Origin: Stylophora pistillata
Lineage: Eukaryota
Direction: 5' to 3'
Length of the DNA: 64,000 bases
Assembly: GCF_002571385.2 (NCBI RefSeq)
Contig: NW_019217975.1
Coordinates: 20,255-84,254 of the forward strand
Shown: piece by piece, positions 1 through 13,680 of the stretch
Layout: each line of letters opens with the position of its first letter
Position numbering within the stretch: the first letter of the stretch is position 1
The notes under the pieces: generated by a model
Databases searched by the model: none
What the model saw: the letters and a program-made list of their open reading frames with translations, nothing else
What the model was told of the DNA's origin: nothing
Program-made: the position numbers and the translations under genes

Positions 1-1119
1 TCGAGTTCTTTGGTTTATTTTACAGTTGCTGATTGTAGACCTGCTTTTGAATTGGTAAACTGGACTGTCACCCAACTTACCTCCGTATATACCACAAGTT
101 GCATTTGACTTTCGAAGTCATTCACAATTTTATTCTGTTCTTCTAGGTATTTCATGTCAGTTGATTCGAAGGGATCAAGCTGGTTTATCTGACGGGATCT
201 ACTATATCCATGATAAAACCACTAAAACGACCTTTGCTGTAAGTATCAACTATGATCAATTGAAGACGACCTGTTTTCCTTCTACGAATCAGCGAGGGAA
301 CCAAGCTAATGTATGTAAATCAGTTCAATGTTCAAGAAAGCAAAGGCTTGAGCTCGTTCTGTACTATTGGCCATTTCTGCCATACTTTTTTCGTCCATTC
401 CAATTCGCTATAGCTAAAACAAAACTAACAGTACAACTGCAAGATTATCTGCGACTTTCGGGTGGAAAACAAGAACAGATATGAAATACGAAAAAGTACA
501 AAAAAGTGAAGTCATCGGCTAATCTATATGAATTCCAGTTACGCCAAAGCCAGCAGGACCATAAAAAAATTTAAAATCTAAAGTCACCTTACACCACCCA
601 ACAACAGGAACTTCCTGAGTAGGGGCACTAGTCTGCGTAGTCTGCCGTTTTGTGTGCGTTGACTGTGTGCGCAAAAGCGATGGGCGGCGAATCCGCGTGA
701 GGTTTGGAAAGGGTAACAGTTTTAAACTCGCACGCTGAAATTAGGGTGGTTCTTCAGTCTTTTTTGCGTTCAACACCTAAACGGAAATTTTAAGGTGTCA
801 ATCAAATGTTAGGGTGATATCACAAAGGAGTTAAAAGGAACAATTAAGAATACTTTTCGCGAATTAGGGATATGTTAATAGCGAACCTAAGCAAAAAAAA
901 GTGGATGAAAACAAACCCTCAGCTGTTTTTTTTCTGAATCTGCGTCACGAAGAGAGCGAAAATTTGTTGTAAGGAGAGCTTTGGTCAACGAGAGGATGTT
1001 GAAGCCATACCACCCACCAGCTTTTAGCAAGAGTATGATTTTAACGGTTATAGCTCTGAAGAGAAAGGAAATACATAGTATTTTGCTGGACCTTCGGATG
1101 ATAAAGTGGTGAATAAATT

Positions 1120-1414
1120 ATCCCCGCACGTGAAATCTAATTAAAGAAATTGCTGTTAAGAAGCCTGAAAAAAAGTTTGGCCTTTAAGGTGAATGAAACT
1201 TGGGCTTCCCAGGTACTATTTTGGCTCTATTTTACCAACTGAGTACCGAAGCCACACTCAAGACGCTAGACAAGTTTTATTAAATCCTAATTCATTTAAA
1301 GGAATTGCAAAAAGAAGCCAGAAAAAATGCAGGCTTTGACAGAATTCAAACCTGTGCCTCCCAGATACCAGTTGGATGTTCTTAAAAACTGACCCACGAA
1401 GCCATGCATTGGTT
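1120..1414 (-). repeat. Two degenerate tRNA-related SINE-like repeat fragments
   Basis: Minus strand shows A/B-box-like remnants followed by 'ttttttcaggcttctt' tails, similar to the copy at 48990-49150; ends at an N gap. Confidence 0.4.
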
Positions 1415-1425
1415 NNNNNNNNNNN

Positions 1426-1453
1426 TAGCATACTACATTCCCTCTCTTTCTTC
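1426..1453 (-). other. Polypurine tract plus TG start of the Gypsy 3' LTR
   Basis: Minus strand reads gaagaaagagagggaa|tgtagtatgcta, then an assembly gap. Confidence 0.7.
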
Positions 1454-3747
1454 GCTTAGATAGTTGACCTCGAAAGACAGAAACATTACAAACTTCCAGT
1501 TTGTTTAGACACCGTAAAAGTTCAGTTCAAAACCAAATGTTCAAGACAAAAGTCACGCTAAACACAAACATAGCCTTTGCCATTCGGCTCATAAAACAAC
1601 GTTTCAATGTCACTTATGTAATAACAACGAACAGTAATATTAAAATGCCAATGTCACTAGTTTTAATACAGAACGTAGTCACTCAGAGCCTTTGGACGGC
1701 TCGTAATTCTGCCGGATCTTCTCACATGCTGCTCAGCTGTAGGTACAGTAGAAGGTACATCTTCTGGTGATGATTCAGCCATTGGTTCTTGATCCTTTGC
1801 CATAGGTGGCGTCTCAAGTGACTTAGGTTCAGTCCGTGGTTCAGCGTTCTTTGGTGGCGCTTTCTGCTCTTCTACATCTGGCATATTGAAGGGCTTAATA
1901 TGCTGAAGGTTGCGTTTGTGCTGGACCCCTTGAGGCGATCGCAACACCACCTGATCCCCTTATCGAGATATCACCTGATATGGTTCATTCTCATAGCAAG
2001 GTGACAGACTATTTTCTTTCTTCTTCTCAAGCAGAACACTGTCTCCTTCTTTCACATTTCGATCTCTGGCATGGAACGTCTTGTCCACAAAGTCCTTGTT
2101 AGCCTGCTTTCTCTGATTGTCCCGATCACGGACGGCTTGATCGCTCACTTCTAGCTCCTCCTCCTCAACATTGACTAGCTCAGGCATTTTAGTTGTTAGC
2201 TTTCTCTTAAACAATAACTCGGTAGGACATCTTTCCTGTGGTTGAATGTGGCGTGGACCTGTACGCCAAAAGGAACCTGTTTAGCTCCTCTCTCCAACTC
2301 TTTCCTTCTCCTTCGGCTGCTCTCGTGGACTTCAGAAGCGACCTGTTTTGCCTCTCTACCTCACCATTAGCTCTTGGTCATAGAGGTGTTGTGTAACGGT
2401 CTTCAATCCCCATTTGATTCAAGTAATCTTCTACTTCTTTAGATACAAGATTTAAGCCATTGTCGGTACGCAGATCTTTAGACAACCCATGTCTGGCAAA
2501 TTGGGCATCCAAGCAATGGATGATGGTTTGGCTGGAAGTTGTTCGGATAACATCAACTTCTATCCACCGGCTGTAATAATCAACGAGAACTAAAAAATGT
2601 TCTCCAGAAGGTAACGGACCAATTAGATCCACAGTTACTTCTTCCCATGGTTGGTTGGGTAATGCTGTTGACCTCAGTGGTGGGGGTGGAACGTTCTTTG
2701 TACCCATCTGGCACCCGTAACACTCTCCACATCTTTTCTCGGCATGACGATCCATAGCAGGCCACCATACCTTCGTTTTAAGTCTCTCCTTTGTCTTTAT
2801 GACTCCTTGGTGCCCCTCGGGGGCCAAACTGACGAATCTCCTGCGAAGTGCTTAGGGTATAACAATTCTTGTCCCCCGGAGAATTACATGCCCAATAAAA
2901 GTCAACTCATTGCGCACTGGCAAATACTGCTTTGGGGCATTGTCCCATTTCCCTTCGATGAGACAATTCCTGAGTGCTTGCAACTCAGAGTCTTGTGCTG
3001 AGACTTGTTCAATCTCTTTGATTCTCAATGCAGCAGGGACAGCATGTAGAGCTATCGCGCGTACATATCCATCATCTTCCGCGGAATTGTCTGAAGCAGG
3101 TATCTTCGTCAGTCGGGAAAGGGCATCTGCGATGTTTTTTCTTGAAGGCACATAGCAAACTTGATAGTTGTACGGTTGTAAACGCAGAACCCAGCGCTCT
3201 ATTCTGGCTGAAGGTTTAGACTTCCTTGAATAGATGACTTTAAGTGCTTCATGGTCTGTCACCAGATCAAACTGTGGAAGCCCGTACAAGTAGAGGTGGA
3301 AGCGTTCACAAGCCCAGACTAAGGCTAGTGCTTCCTTTTCTGTCTGACTATAACGACGCTCCACTTGACTCAAACTACGACTAGCATAACAGATGGCACG
3401 GCTTTCCCCATTCTTTTCTTGCACCAGCACGGCGCCAAGTCCAACAGGACTTGCATCAGCAATAACACGGGTGGGTGTGTCCTTATCGAAGTAAGCTAGG
3501 ACTGGTGCACTTGCAACTTGACTCTTCAATCTCTGAAACGATTGCTCCTGCTCCTTACCCCAAACGAACGGTTCCCCTTTTCTTGCAAGTTTTCTGAGGG
3601 GATCAGCAGTGGTAGCAAAATCGGGTATAAACCTGGCACTGAATCCAACGAGCCCCAAGAAGCTACGGACTTCTGAGGGTGTCTGAGGCTGACTTGCCTC
3701 TGCAACTGCTCTGACTTTTTCCTCCGTTGGGCCGATGCCATGCTTAC
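1426..3747 (-). mobile_element. Ty3/Gypsy LTR retrotransposon remnant (RT C-terminus, RNase H, integrase, PPT, start of 3' LTR)
   Basis: ORF 2852-3658 has RNase H motifs (ADASPVGLGAVL, YSQTEKEALALVWACERF, TDH, ADALSR). ORF 2378-2827 has the integrase zinc-binding region and core (VDLIGP, VDYYSRW, TDNG). Frameshifted; bounded by N gaps. Confidence 0.92.
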
Positions 3748-3748
3748 N

Positions 3749-5323
3749 TGATATTATCAGCCAGTTTTACACTTGTAGGTAATCCATTCCACAGCTGCGC
3801 ACACGTATAAATGAAAGATGTTTTCATAAAATTTCAATTAAATTTCGGTGCGTACAAATTCATGCCGGTTCCTCTCAGATTGTTTCCCTAAAACTAAAAA
3901 GAAACTCTGATATCTTTGGGACCGTCGTTATGCAAACATTTATATAACAGAATAGGGGATTGTTGCTTCCTTCTCTGGTCTAACGTTTCCATATTCAAGA
4001 TTCGCAGCAATTCATCATAAAGGGTAGACTTGCGATAACCTAGAAGTAATCTAAGAATGTATTAGTTGGCATCTTCTAGCCGATTCGCTTGCACTTTCCC
4101 CAATCCAAGAAATAGTGGGCAACAGTATTCAAAATGAGGGAGGATGAAAGTTTTATAGAGCCTTAACGTAAGATTGCCAGTGACAAAACGCCTGATTCTC
4201 CTAAGTGCGCCACTTTTAGCGTATACCTTTTGAAGCTATTTAGTAATGTGATCCTTGAAAAATAGCATGCTATCAAGTTCAACGCCAAGTATTTTGATAC
4301 ATGGCAGTGTCCCAATGACAGTGCTATGTATGGCCAGGTCGTAACTGTACTTAAAGGGACCAATGGGTTCTGCTTGCGTCTTTGTGTTGTTGATCACCAG
4401 ATGATTCTCTCCAAACCACGATGATAACCGCTCAAGACCATTATTCACTACAAATTCGAGAACCAAGGGCGAGACGTCCGAGGCATACATAGTTGTGTCG
4501 TCGGCGTATAACCTTAGACGTACATCCGGTATGGCGCAGTTCAAGTCATTTATATCAATGTTAAACAACAGCGGTCCGAGGAGGGACCCTTGGAGGACGC
4601 CCACCATTACGTCTGAGTAGCTGGAGCAAACACCGGACAGCTTAACTCGCTGTCTTCGCCCCAACAAATCGGAAGAAAACTTTTTTTTCTGCAGACGGAG
4701 AGAAGCCATACGTTTTTAATTTAGCCAATAGGAAGTTATGGTTAATAGAATCAAATGCTTTGGACAGGTCCACTGCCACGGCTATAACTGCCTCCCTTTT
4801 GTCAAGGCGTCGCCCCCAGTCCTCAGTCATCTTCAAGAGTGCGGTGCAACAAGAGTGTTTCTTCAATAACCCAGATAGATTCGGAGAAAGATGTTCATGG
4901 AAAGCGCCCTACAGTTGGTCAAACATAACCTTCTCGTGCACTTTACAAATGGCGGTAAGAATGGAAAGACGATAATTTTCTTTGCGTGTATCCTCACCTT
5001 TTTTAAATACAGGTGTCAAGTTCCTACCCTTCCATTCGGTTTGCCATGATTGGTTCATAATCAGATAGTTTATCAGCTGTGTTATCTCCTCCGTTAGGAT
5101 GGGAGCAGCGAGCCTTAAGAGACGCGGTGAAATTCCATCTACGCCAACAGCCTTCCGGGGATTTAGATTGTCTAAGATTTAACGAACATAGCCGCAGCTC
5201 ACAGGCTGGAAGACAAACTGATCTAGCAGCATTTTGCTAGCGATTAGATTTACACTTGGATGATCGTTGAAGTCATTTTCACGGTGATTTGTTGAAACTA
5301 CATTGGCGAAATAGCTATTAAAA
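3749..5323 (-). mobile_element. Non-LTR retrotransposon (CR1/L2-like LINE) RT fragment
   Basis: Frameshifted RT motifs DLSKAFDSINH, GVLQGSLLGPLLF, LYADDT (ORFs 4642-4866 and 4236-4709). Confidence 0.85.
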
Positions 5324-5439
5324 NNNNNNNNNNNNNNNNNNNNNATGAGACCCCCAAATCGACCGTTTCGGTGACACACTGAAGCCTACAACCAAATAGC
5401 TCGTAAGGATAGCTGGTGTCATCTCTCGCAGGGGTAGCA

Positions 5440-6240
5440 CGTAGGACCTCACATTTGTCAGGGTGAAAACTAAGTTGTCAATTTTCGCTCCATTTTTGTC
5501 GCGTGTTGAGGTCACATTGGAGTTGTTTCTCATCGTTTTCATCGTAAATGATCCTGTAGACCTTGCTGTCATCTGCAAACAGGCGCATGCTTGACTTTAC
5601 ACCGGTTGTAACGTCGTTGATATAAGCAAGGAAAAGGACTGGCCCAAGTACACTACCTTGGGGAACACCAGAGGAGACTATCGTCCAAGGAGAAAGGTGC
5701 CCACTGAATGAGACTNTTTGTTTCCTACCAACGATAAAGTGGGATAGCCAGTTAAGGAGGTTTCCACCAATTCCATATCTCTTCATCTTCGCCAGGAGAC
5801 GCTGATGAGGAACAGAGTCGAATGCCTTTGTAAAATCTAGTAGAATTACATCTACTTTGTGAGTCATTTCTTGCTTTGGCCCATGAATGGAAAGTATCGA
5901 GCAATTACGATAGACAAGAATGCTTTTTCATGAAACCAAATTGCTCGCCTATTAAGACTCGATGATCTGTCGAGAAGTTTACAATCGACTTTCTGACAAT
6001 TTTCTCGCGGATTTTACTTGCACTTGAGGTTAGGGAAACAGGTCTGTAGTTTTCTACTTTGTCTTCGGCTCCTTTCTTGTAAAGCGGAATAACATTTGCT
6101 GTTTTCCAGTCATCGGGAATTACATCACTATTAAATGAAGTATTAAACAGAGCATACAAGGGCGAGGCTCGTGAGTTACTACAATGATTCAAAATCCTTG
6201 GATGAATGTCATCGGGGCCGCAACTTTTATTGACATTCAA
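5440..6240 (-). mobile_element. Second LINE RT fragment (3' part; split by the foldback element)
   Basis: KSCGPDDIHP, NYRPVSLTS, DFTKAFDSVPH, SGVPQGSVLGP, LFADD motifs. Confidence 0.85.
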
Positions 6241-8100
6241 TGGCTATCTTTAAAATAGGGAATGGGGAATGGGGAATGCGAAATCTTTAAAATGGGGAAT
6301 CTTTAAAAGCGGGAATCTTTAAAAGCGGGAATCTTTAAAAGCGGGAATCTTTAAAAGCGGGAATCTCTAAAAGCGGGAATCTTTAAAATGGGGAATCTTT
6401 AAAAGCGGGAATCTTTAAAATCGTTAATCTTTAAAGCGGGAATCTTTAAAACGTGGAATCTTTAAAAGTGGGAATCTTTGAATCGTGGAATCTTTAAAAG
6501 CGGAATCTTTAAAACAATGAATCTTTAAAATGAGGAATCTTTAGAAGCGTGAAATGAAATGGACCAAATGAAGGAGTGGTGTGTAGAAAAGTTGATGGTT
6601 TTTTTCAATTTTAAGCCAGTGAATCCATCAAAATTCACGACTGCTGACACAAGTAAAACTAAGCAGTAATGGAAGGGCACTCAGCACATGTTTTTAACAC
6701 TCAGCATGATTAAAATAGTAAAATAATTCTAGCATCATTTAGATTAACAAGTTTCGTTGAGGCAATTCCCTATCTAATAACAAGGCGTAGTGAAGGGCTC
6801 AATTTTTCGGTGTTTGTTCAAGCGTGGAATATTCGACTTTGTCTAGACAAACTGTCGTGCTTCTTCATTTACAGTCATGGGAAATCCGTAGCGTGAGAAG
6901 GCTATACAAACGAAATTGAACAGGATTTGGCGGAGAATAAATCTCGATTTATGTATGTACCTGCAGAAACTTGAACACGGTAATGTGATGGTGTGTACAC
7001 AAACTTGCATGTTTCACGCTTGAACAAATACGTAAAAAGCTGATTATCAAATTTCGAAACTTTAACTTGTTTAATAACAGGACAGCGACTTTTACTTCAG
7101 TTGGACAATCAATAAGCAAAATATTTTCCATAAAAATTTTAGTTTTTCGGTGAAAAATTGCCAGCAAGTGTGTTAAAAGTTCCGGCTGCCGCCCGCAGTT
7201 GGCTGTTATTTGAACCCTGAGGATAAGACCGAAAAACGATGTAGATCGGAGTATTCAGTCAAAATTGTTTATAGGGCTGATGGCTGACTTCTCATTCAGG
7301 CTAATAAAAATATAATAATAATCGAGTGCCACTGCCATCCACCGAAAAAAAAAATGTTCGTTTTTAAAGACTTCCGCTTTTAGAGATTCCTCGTATTAAA
7401 GATTCCCGCTTTTAAAGATTCCCTGTTTTAAAGATTCCCGCTTTTAAAGATTCCGCTTTTAAAGATTCCCGCTTTTAGAGATTCCCGCTTTTAAAGATTC
7501 CCCGTTTTTAAGATTCCCGCTTTTAGAGATTCCCACTTTTAAAGATTCCCCTTTTTAAAGATTCCCGCTTTAAAAGATTCCCGTTCTAGAGATTCCAGCT
7601 TTTAAAGATTCTCCGTTTTAAAGATTCTCCGTTTTAAAGATTCCCGCTATTAAAGATTCCCGGTTTTAAAGATTCCCCGTTTAAAAGATTCCCGCTTTTA
7701 AAGATTCCCCGTTTTAAAGATTCCCGCTTTTAAAGATTCCCGCTTTTAAAGATTCCTCTTTTAAAGATTCCTCTTTTTAAAGATTCCCGCTTTTAAAGAT
7801 TCCCTGTTTTAACGATTCCCGCTTTTAGAGATTCCCGCTTTTAAAGATTCCCGCTTTTAAATATTCCACGTTTTGAAGATTCCCGCTTTAAATATTAACC
7901 ATTTTAAACATTCCCGCTTTAAAGATTAACCATTTTAAACATTCACGCTTTCAAAGTTTCTCCATTTTAAAGATTTCCCATTCCTCATTCCCCATTCTCC
8001 ATTCCCCAATCCCCATTCCTATTTTCCCTTCCCCATTCCTCATTCTCTCATTCCCCGTTCTCCATTCCTCATTCCCCATTCATTATTTTAAAGATAGCCA
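6241..8100. mobile_element. Non-autonomous foldback-like DNA element with tandem-repeat inverted arms and an 8-bp TSD
   Basis: Termini TGGCTATCTTTAAAATA...TATTTTAAAGATAGCCA. Arms are arrays of ~16-17-bp GCGGGAATCTTTAAAA (6290-6550) and its complement (7365-7980) plus GGGAATG-type outer blocks. TSD acattcaa (6233-6240) / acatttaa (8101-8108). Confidence 0.88.
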
Positions 8101-8390
8101 ACATTTAATTCCCGCAATAGCTTTTCAACTTCAATGGGATTAGTTGGTAGCTGTGTGAGCTGTTCAGTTCTTACAACTTGCGGGAAGTTTGGAAGATGAG
8201 TCAAGTTTTCTGATGTAAAGACAGAAGCGAAATAGTGATTGAAACTGTCCGCAATATCTTTGTGATCGTCAGAGTCTCTGTATCTACTTTAAGTGTCACG
8301 AGATTGTTTGTTCCGTTCCGGCGCGATCGAACATAGTTCCAAAACAATTTGCTTGTAGTGACTGCGACTTGAGCACGGTGAAATATACCT
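8101..8390 (-). mobile_element. 5' continuation of the LINE split by the foldback element
   Basis: Reads ...NPIEVEKLLRELNV on minus, joining (L)NVNKSCGPDD at 6240 across the duplicated LNV codons. Confidence 0.8.
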
Positions 8391-9084
8391 GGCGACTCAC
8401 AACAGAATACTCACCAGAGCTCCAGTGGGTACCAGGTCTTATTGAAAGCACTCAGTCTATGTGGCCTGAGCAGAAGTGACACATCCCTTGCATTCAGGAT
8501 TCGCCAGGAATTCTCCTGTACACGGTCATTACTGGCCATGTGACTAAGGGAGGAGTTAAACTTCCAGTACTGAGATGTGCTCATGGAACGACTTCCCTGG
8601 AGAGTTTTCATCTGTATCTGAGAAAATTTACTCCTAGTAAGTACACCCATGATGTGTCGTTACTCTCTTCATTTCCTAAGCCTTTAACACAAATTAATAA
8701 CCCTTTGTTTCTGCCTGTCCCTCCTTTCCTTGGAAAATTAATATAAATTGGAAGTAACACATGTACAAGGCAGAAAATTCCATAAGAGGAGAAATGACTT
8801 TAAATCTGTTTGTTTATCAAGCCTCGCATAATGAGTGGATTGTACAGTTCTTGCTTTTCTCCCCAGGCTTTTCTAAGGATGGCACACCAAGGTGGTGAGG
8901 ATCAAATCCTGACTCAGCTGGCCATGCCAAAATTCATTTGTAAAATAGTCAACTTTAACATACTTAAGCATACCACAGGAACATTATGCATATTTTTCCC
9001 TTATTAGGACCTGCTGCCAATGCGGCTATTTATTTTTCAAGCCTACATATTGGAGGGAATTACTAGGTGGACTGCTTCAAGTGT

Positions 9085-9610
9085 CTTCCTGTCTCATTTC
9101 GTATTAATTTTAAGGTTCTACTTTTAACTTTCAAAGCCATTCACAAATCCGCACCTTCCTATATCAATGATCTTGTCAAAATTAAGCCTTTAAATTCAAG
9201 ATATGGACTGCGTATGGACTGACGGAATACTGCTATCTTACCCGAATTTTAAAACTTTAAAAACCCTAGGCGACCGTGCTTTCGTTGTTTCGGCGCCGAA
9301 ACTCTGGAATGATTTACCTTCGGAAATTAGAATGGCAAAATCTGTCGACACTTTTAAGAAACTCTTAAAGACGCATTTTTTTAGTAAGGCTTTTTATTCT
9401 TAGTTAGCTTAGCTTTTAATTTTTTATACTACTCATGATGTAACTGGCATCTATTACAAAGCAATGTTGTAATGATGTAATTAGTATTTATTTCATGCAT
9501 TGTTTTAATGATGTAATTAGTATTTATTCCATGCATTGTTGTAATGAGCAGTTGATCATCCCGTCGTGGAAACGGGGCAATATAATTCCACAATTTTATT
9601 TTATTTTATT
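9085..9610 (+). mobile_element. 5'-truncated L2-like LINE 3' end inserted in the transposase exon
   Basis: RINFKVLLLTFKA...GDRAFVVSAPKLWNDLP...FKKLLKTHFF, (TTTTA)n tail, TSD aagtgt at 9079-9084 and 9611-9616. Confidence 0.85.
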
Positions 9611-10476
9611 AAGTGTAGCTAAAGAAAAATTAAGATACATCGCACTCTTTGTACACCTTCAATGTCATTACAAAAAACAGTGAACAGTGTACATATGATG
9701 ATGATGAGGCTTTCCTCTCCAATTTCACTCCACTAGGCGTGTTCTCTGGAGAACATATTGGTGTGGAATATTTAGGAACACAATCAGATACCCTGGCTGA
9801 AAAAGAGCCAGAGAGAGAATTTGATGGGGCATTCAAAAATTATGAAAGTGCCAAGACCGATGTTGTGGAAGACACGAAAGTGCAAGATCTCACACTTTCC
9901 TTATCTGAGGACTCCTTGGATAGTGACAGTGGAACAGAGGTGTGTTTTAAATTATCAAAGAATAAAAAGAAAACAAAAACAAACAGATAAGTGAAACCAA
10001 CAAAAACATCAAACTGGGTATTTTTTTTTAGGATGACAGTAACACTGCTGTCAACTATGCATGTGTCCCAGGCTGGGACAGAGTCATCAGGCTGGCAAAT
10101 GCACTCCCACAAAGGTGAATTTGTGACAAACTCAGTAGTGGACAACATCACATGGCTTTGAGCAAACCTTTCCGAGTATGAATGGAAAGCCCTGACATTT
10201 ATGCCTCATTTTTAAAAAGGACAAGGGAAGATTTTAGAACTCAGAAAAAAAGATTTTCACACATTGGTGTGGAGTCGATGGCCAGGTTTCACTCTCAATC
10301 TAATGTGATATTATTGGATAAAGATGATGACTTGAGTGACATGATCAACAAGGGTATTGAGGCAGACAATGATGATGTTGCTGAACAAGAAGAGGACATA
10401 TGCCACGAGGATCCACTCGGCAAAATGATAATTATTTAGGAGTGATGAGATCCCACATGATAAAGCAGGTGCTGAG

Positions 10477-10870
10477 CCCAGGCGGTACTCGATATATTCC
10501 TGGGTGGGGAGGTGTGGCGTGGCCCCTCATACCCTGACCCTGTTTAAGACAAATATCACTGATTTTCCTATTCTGTTTAAGACAGAATTCCGATTTTTGA
10601 TACCCTGTTTAAGACATTTAATGTGCTTGGTATCAATGCCAAAATCAATGGAATTCAATATTAAATAAAATTAGAGCTTGTAAAAATTTTGCTGTTTATC
10701 TTCCAAGGAAGGATATCCTGTTTAAGACAAAAACTGATAAATCGATACCCTGATTACGACAAAAAATGGTAAATTTGATACCCTGTTTAAGACAAAATCT
10801 CGAAAAACATACCCTGGCTGGCCACACATCCCCAGTAAGCCCTTATAAGGGAGTACCCCCCCCCCCTGGG
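10477..10870. mobile_element. MITE with CCC(A/G)GG..GTACTC termini and internal ATACCCTGTTTAAGACA repeats
   Basis: Inverted termini cccaggcggtactc / gagtacccc..ctggg; flanking direct repeat tgctgag (7-9 bp, ambiguous). Confidence 0.75.
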
Positions 10871-13680
10871 TGCTGAGGTAGGATTAAGCAATTAGATCTC
10901 ACTTCTCCAGATGCCATCCATTTTCACTTACCTATAAAGTATCAATGATGTTTTCTTTCATCTTTGGACAGGGGGAGACAGAAGAACAAGACAAGGAAGT
11001 AGTTGATTCCAAAGCCCTACCAGGGGCAGGGTGGATAAACTGGCTGAAGCCCTTATCAACATGGAGGGACTATTTGTTACCAATGCCCAAGCTCAAGTAA
11101 ATAAACGGCAAGGGAAGACTTCAGGAGTCAGAGGAAAGATTTTCACACATTGGTGTGGAGTTGCTGGCCAGGTATTTTTAATCAACGTGTAATTTTCAAT
11201 TACCTGTAATTTCTTTCAATAGTAGTCATTAGCAGATGGAGAGTTTTGATGCATGATAAACTTGGATGGAAACTGGTAACACAGAGGTTTTGTCATTCAA
11301 AACAAGTAATGGGGATCAGTATTAGAGAAAGTTTAGTTAACAAGGTGGTACTGATTTAATCATATTTTTTAATCTTTAGATCTTCTGTGACAGCTGAACC
11401 TCTGTCATTTTCCCCATAAAAATGCAGAATTGTTGAAGCTACCTGTGTGAGGCTATGCAAAGTGTGTAAAGAAAAACGAGGCACTGGACCAAACAACCCC
11501 AATCAATCAATGTGGAAAGTGGTCATCAGCAGATATAAAAAATTAGGCATGCCATTACCACCAACAGACTTCATCAAGAAACGCCCAGTCAGCTGTATTG
11601 TATCAATGAAGCTACTTCATCTGAATGGCAAATGGCTCCATTATGCATTATAACCTCAGTCTCCTCTTTTGCAGAAAAAGCCCTAATTAAGATCAAAGTT
11701 TCCATTGCCAGAGTGAACTCTTTACAAGTGTAAGTTTATTATGGCTATAAACATTGGTCATTATGATTAAGTGTGCATGTAGCAACATATTTTACAAGAA
11801 TCTATCAGTCTCTCTTTAGAAATCTTGATTTATTACATGAACAGGTTCAAAAACAAAACAAGGTTGAAAATGCAACTGGGCTCACAGTTTCTAATCCCTA
11901 GGTTGAGAGTAAGGGATTCACATCTTCCAGTGCAGCAGCTGCCCTGCACTCCACACTGTTTACCTTCATTGAGGGCCTGTTGCCAAAGCAGTGTCCCAAT
12001 GATTAGTAAGTAATGACTGACTAATTGAACAAGAGTTCAATTAGTCAGAAGCAAGAGTATGTCTTTATTCACTTTATTCCACAGTATGGAGATGTATACC
12101 CTTCTTTTACTTTTAAAAAAGTCCTGAGAACCAACTTTTTTGGTGTTGCAAAAATTTCCGCATTGTATGAGTTTTAAGTCATGATGTATGCATTGTTCAG
12201 TTCTCTTTTGTTTTTCTACTTGTCATGATAGCTCCATGAAAACTATCACACTAACCATCTTTAAAATAGGTGTATCTTTTCTTCATCCTTTCCTTCAACC
12301 TGGCAGCACAGGAAAATGAGGTTTGACAACATGTAGAGGACCACTGACAAGGCTCAAGGGTTACTTACCCCCAAAAAGGTCCAAATGGCTTACACCACTG
12401 GTGGCCCAAGCATACTGTGTGTGATTTTGGGTTCTAAAGTTCATTAACAGGAATACCTAACATATTAAGATCAAATTTTGAGCATATGCATTGGCCGTTG
12501 AAAAAAGGAAAAATCAATAAAAAAAATAAAGAGAAATTAAAAAGGATAATAAAAGCAAGGAATATGATGTGTGTAGTCTCCTTACTGTATTTCTATAGCT
12601 GCTTTGTGGCCCACAGTAGTTTTAATGCTACTTTCAATTGGTGACGAATTTGTACGCATGTGGTGCTACTTATCAACTGTATATATACAGTTGATTAGTA
12701 GCACCAACTTTTGAGGCAAAGTGAAGCCTTTTTTTAATAGATTTATAGATTCGGCCCTTAACTTTACTAAAACACCTCAGCACTCACTATCAAAGAGTTT
12801 ATTGAAGGGAATTTAGGAACCAATCATTAATTCTCTAGAAGGGGCATGGAGTCAAGGTCTTAAAGTCATCATTGAAAGAGGATCCTTGCTTTTCCAGATT
12901 CCCGCCATTTTAAACTCACACTTTCCTGTGACAAATTGCTCAAATCAAAGGTTTTTTTGTGGAATGGGTATCAAAATTTGTAAGAAAAACAAGAAAACTT
13001 AAGTCTGAGTATTTAATTCCATCCAAATGATATTACATATTACAATGTGGTAACTATACAGCAAAATTAAATAATCACACATTTCTAGACAAAGGAAGTG
13101 AGGTTACAGACTTGCCTGCGAACAACTTTCAAGGGCACAAGGTAAAAAAGAAATAAACGTGGCACACAGTTACAATGAATACAATGTTGAGAGCTGAAAG
13201 ATGTAAAATCAAACCTGTATTAGCAGTCATCCACCAGAAATGGATTGGTGATTTCTTACAGGCTTGACTGCTTAGAATAGGGTATTATAAAGTACCAATA
13301 AAAAAATCAATTTATGCCACAATTGACCATATAATGTACAACAATTTGCTCAAAAATACCACAAACATTGATTTTGGAAGATAAAATACCTACCTGCCTC
13401 GACTAGTTTTTAACTAATTGTGGGTATAGGCGTTCTCAAATTATAATTGTAAAATTGTAAATCAATAATCAAAATTGTTGTAAATCAATAAATTGTTGTT
13501 GTTGTTGTTGTTGTTAAATGTAGGTGAAATTTTATGTGAAAGATTATTGTTAGCTTTATTTGAGTGGGTGGTTCTGCTTTAAGTGACCATTCAATGCAAG
13601 TAGAAGACAAATACAAACTTGCAGTTGGGGCCCAGTCAAAAGTGACCACAACCACTTGACAAAGGTGACAGCTTAATAAA

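Larger units (their letters stand above)
8429..11640 (+). pseudogene. Spliced Dada-like DDE transposase pseudogene
   Basis: Exon 8429-8636 reads VPGLIESTQSMWPEQK*HIPCIQDSPGILLYTVITGHVTKGGVKLPVLRCAHGTTSLESFHLYLRKFTP, then donor gtaagt. Further pieces: FQAYILEGITRW (~9035), FSGEHIGVEYL (~9742), RVDKLAEALINMEG (~11027), KCRIVEATCVRLC (~11419). These match the CIQD/RC.RG.TSLESFH/QAYLLEG..RW/GE.IGVEYL motif series I recall for Dada transposases. Stops, frameshifts and nested insertions are present. Confidence 0.75.

Noticed and set aside
161-484. 107-aa ORF
   Set aside because: No recognisable motif and a non-ATG start; likely spurious.
6290-7980. CRISPR-like short repeats
   Set aside because: No unique spacers, eukaryotic context, and the repeats form the arms of an inverted-repeat element.
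8477-8479. In-frame TGA as possible selenocysteine or readthrough
   Set aside because: Best explained as CGA>TGA decay in a pseudogene that has other frameshifts and insertions.
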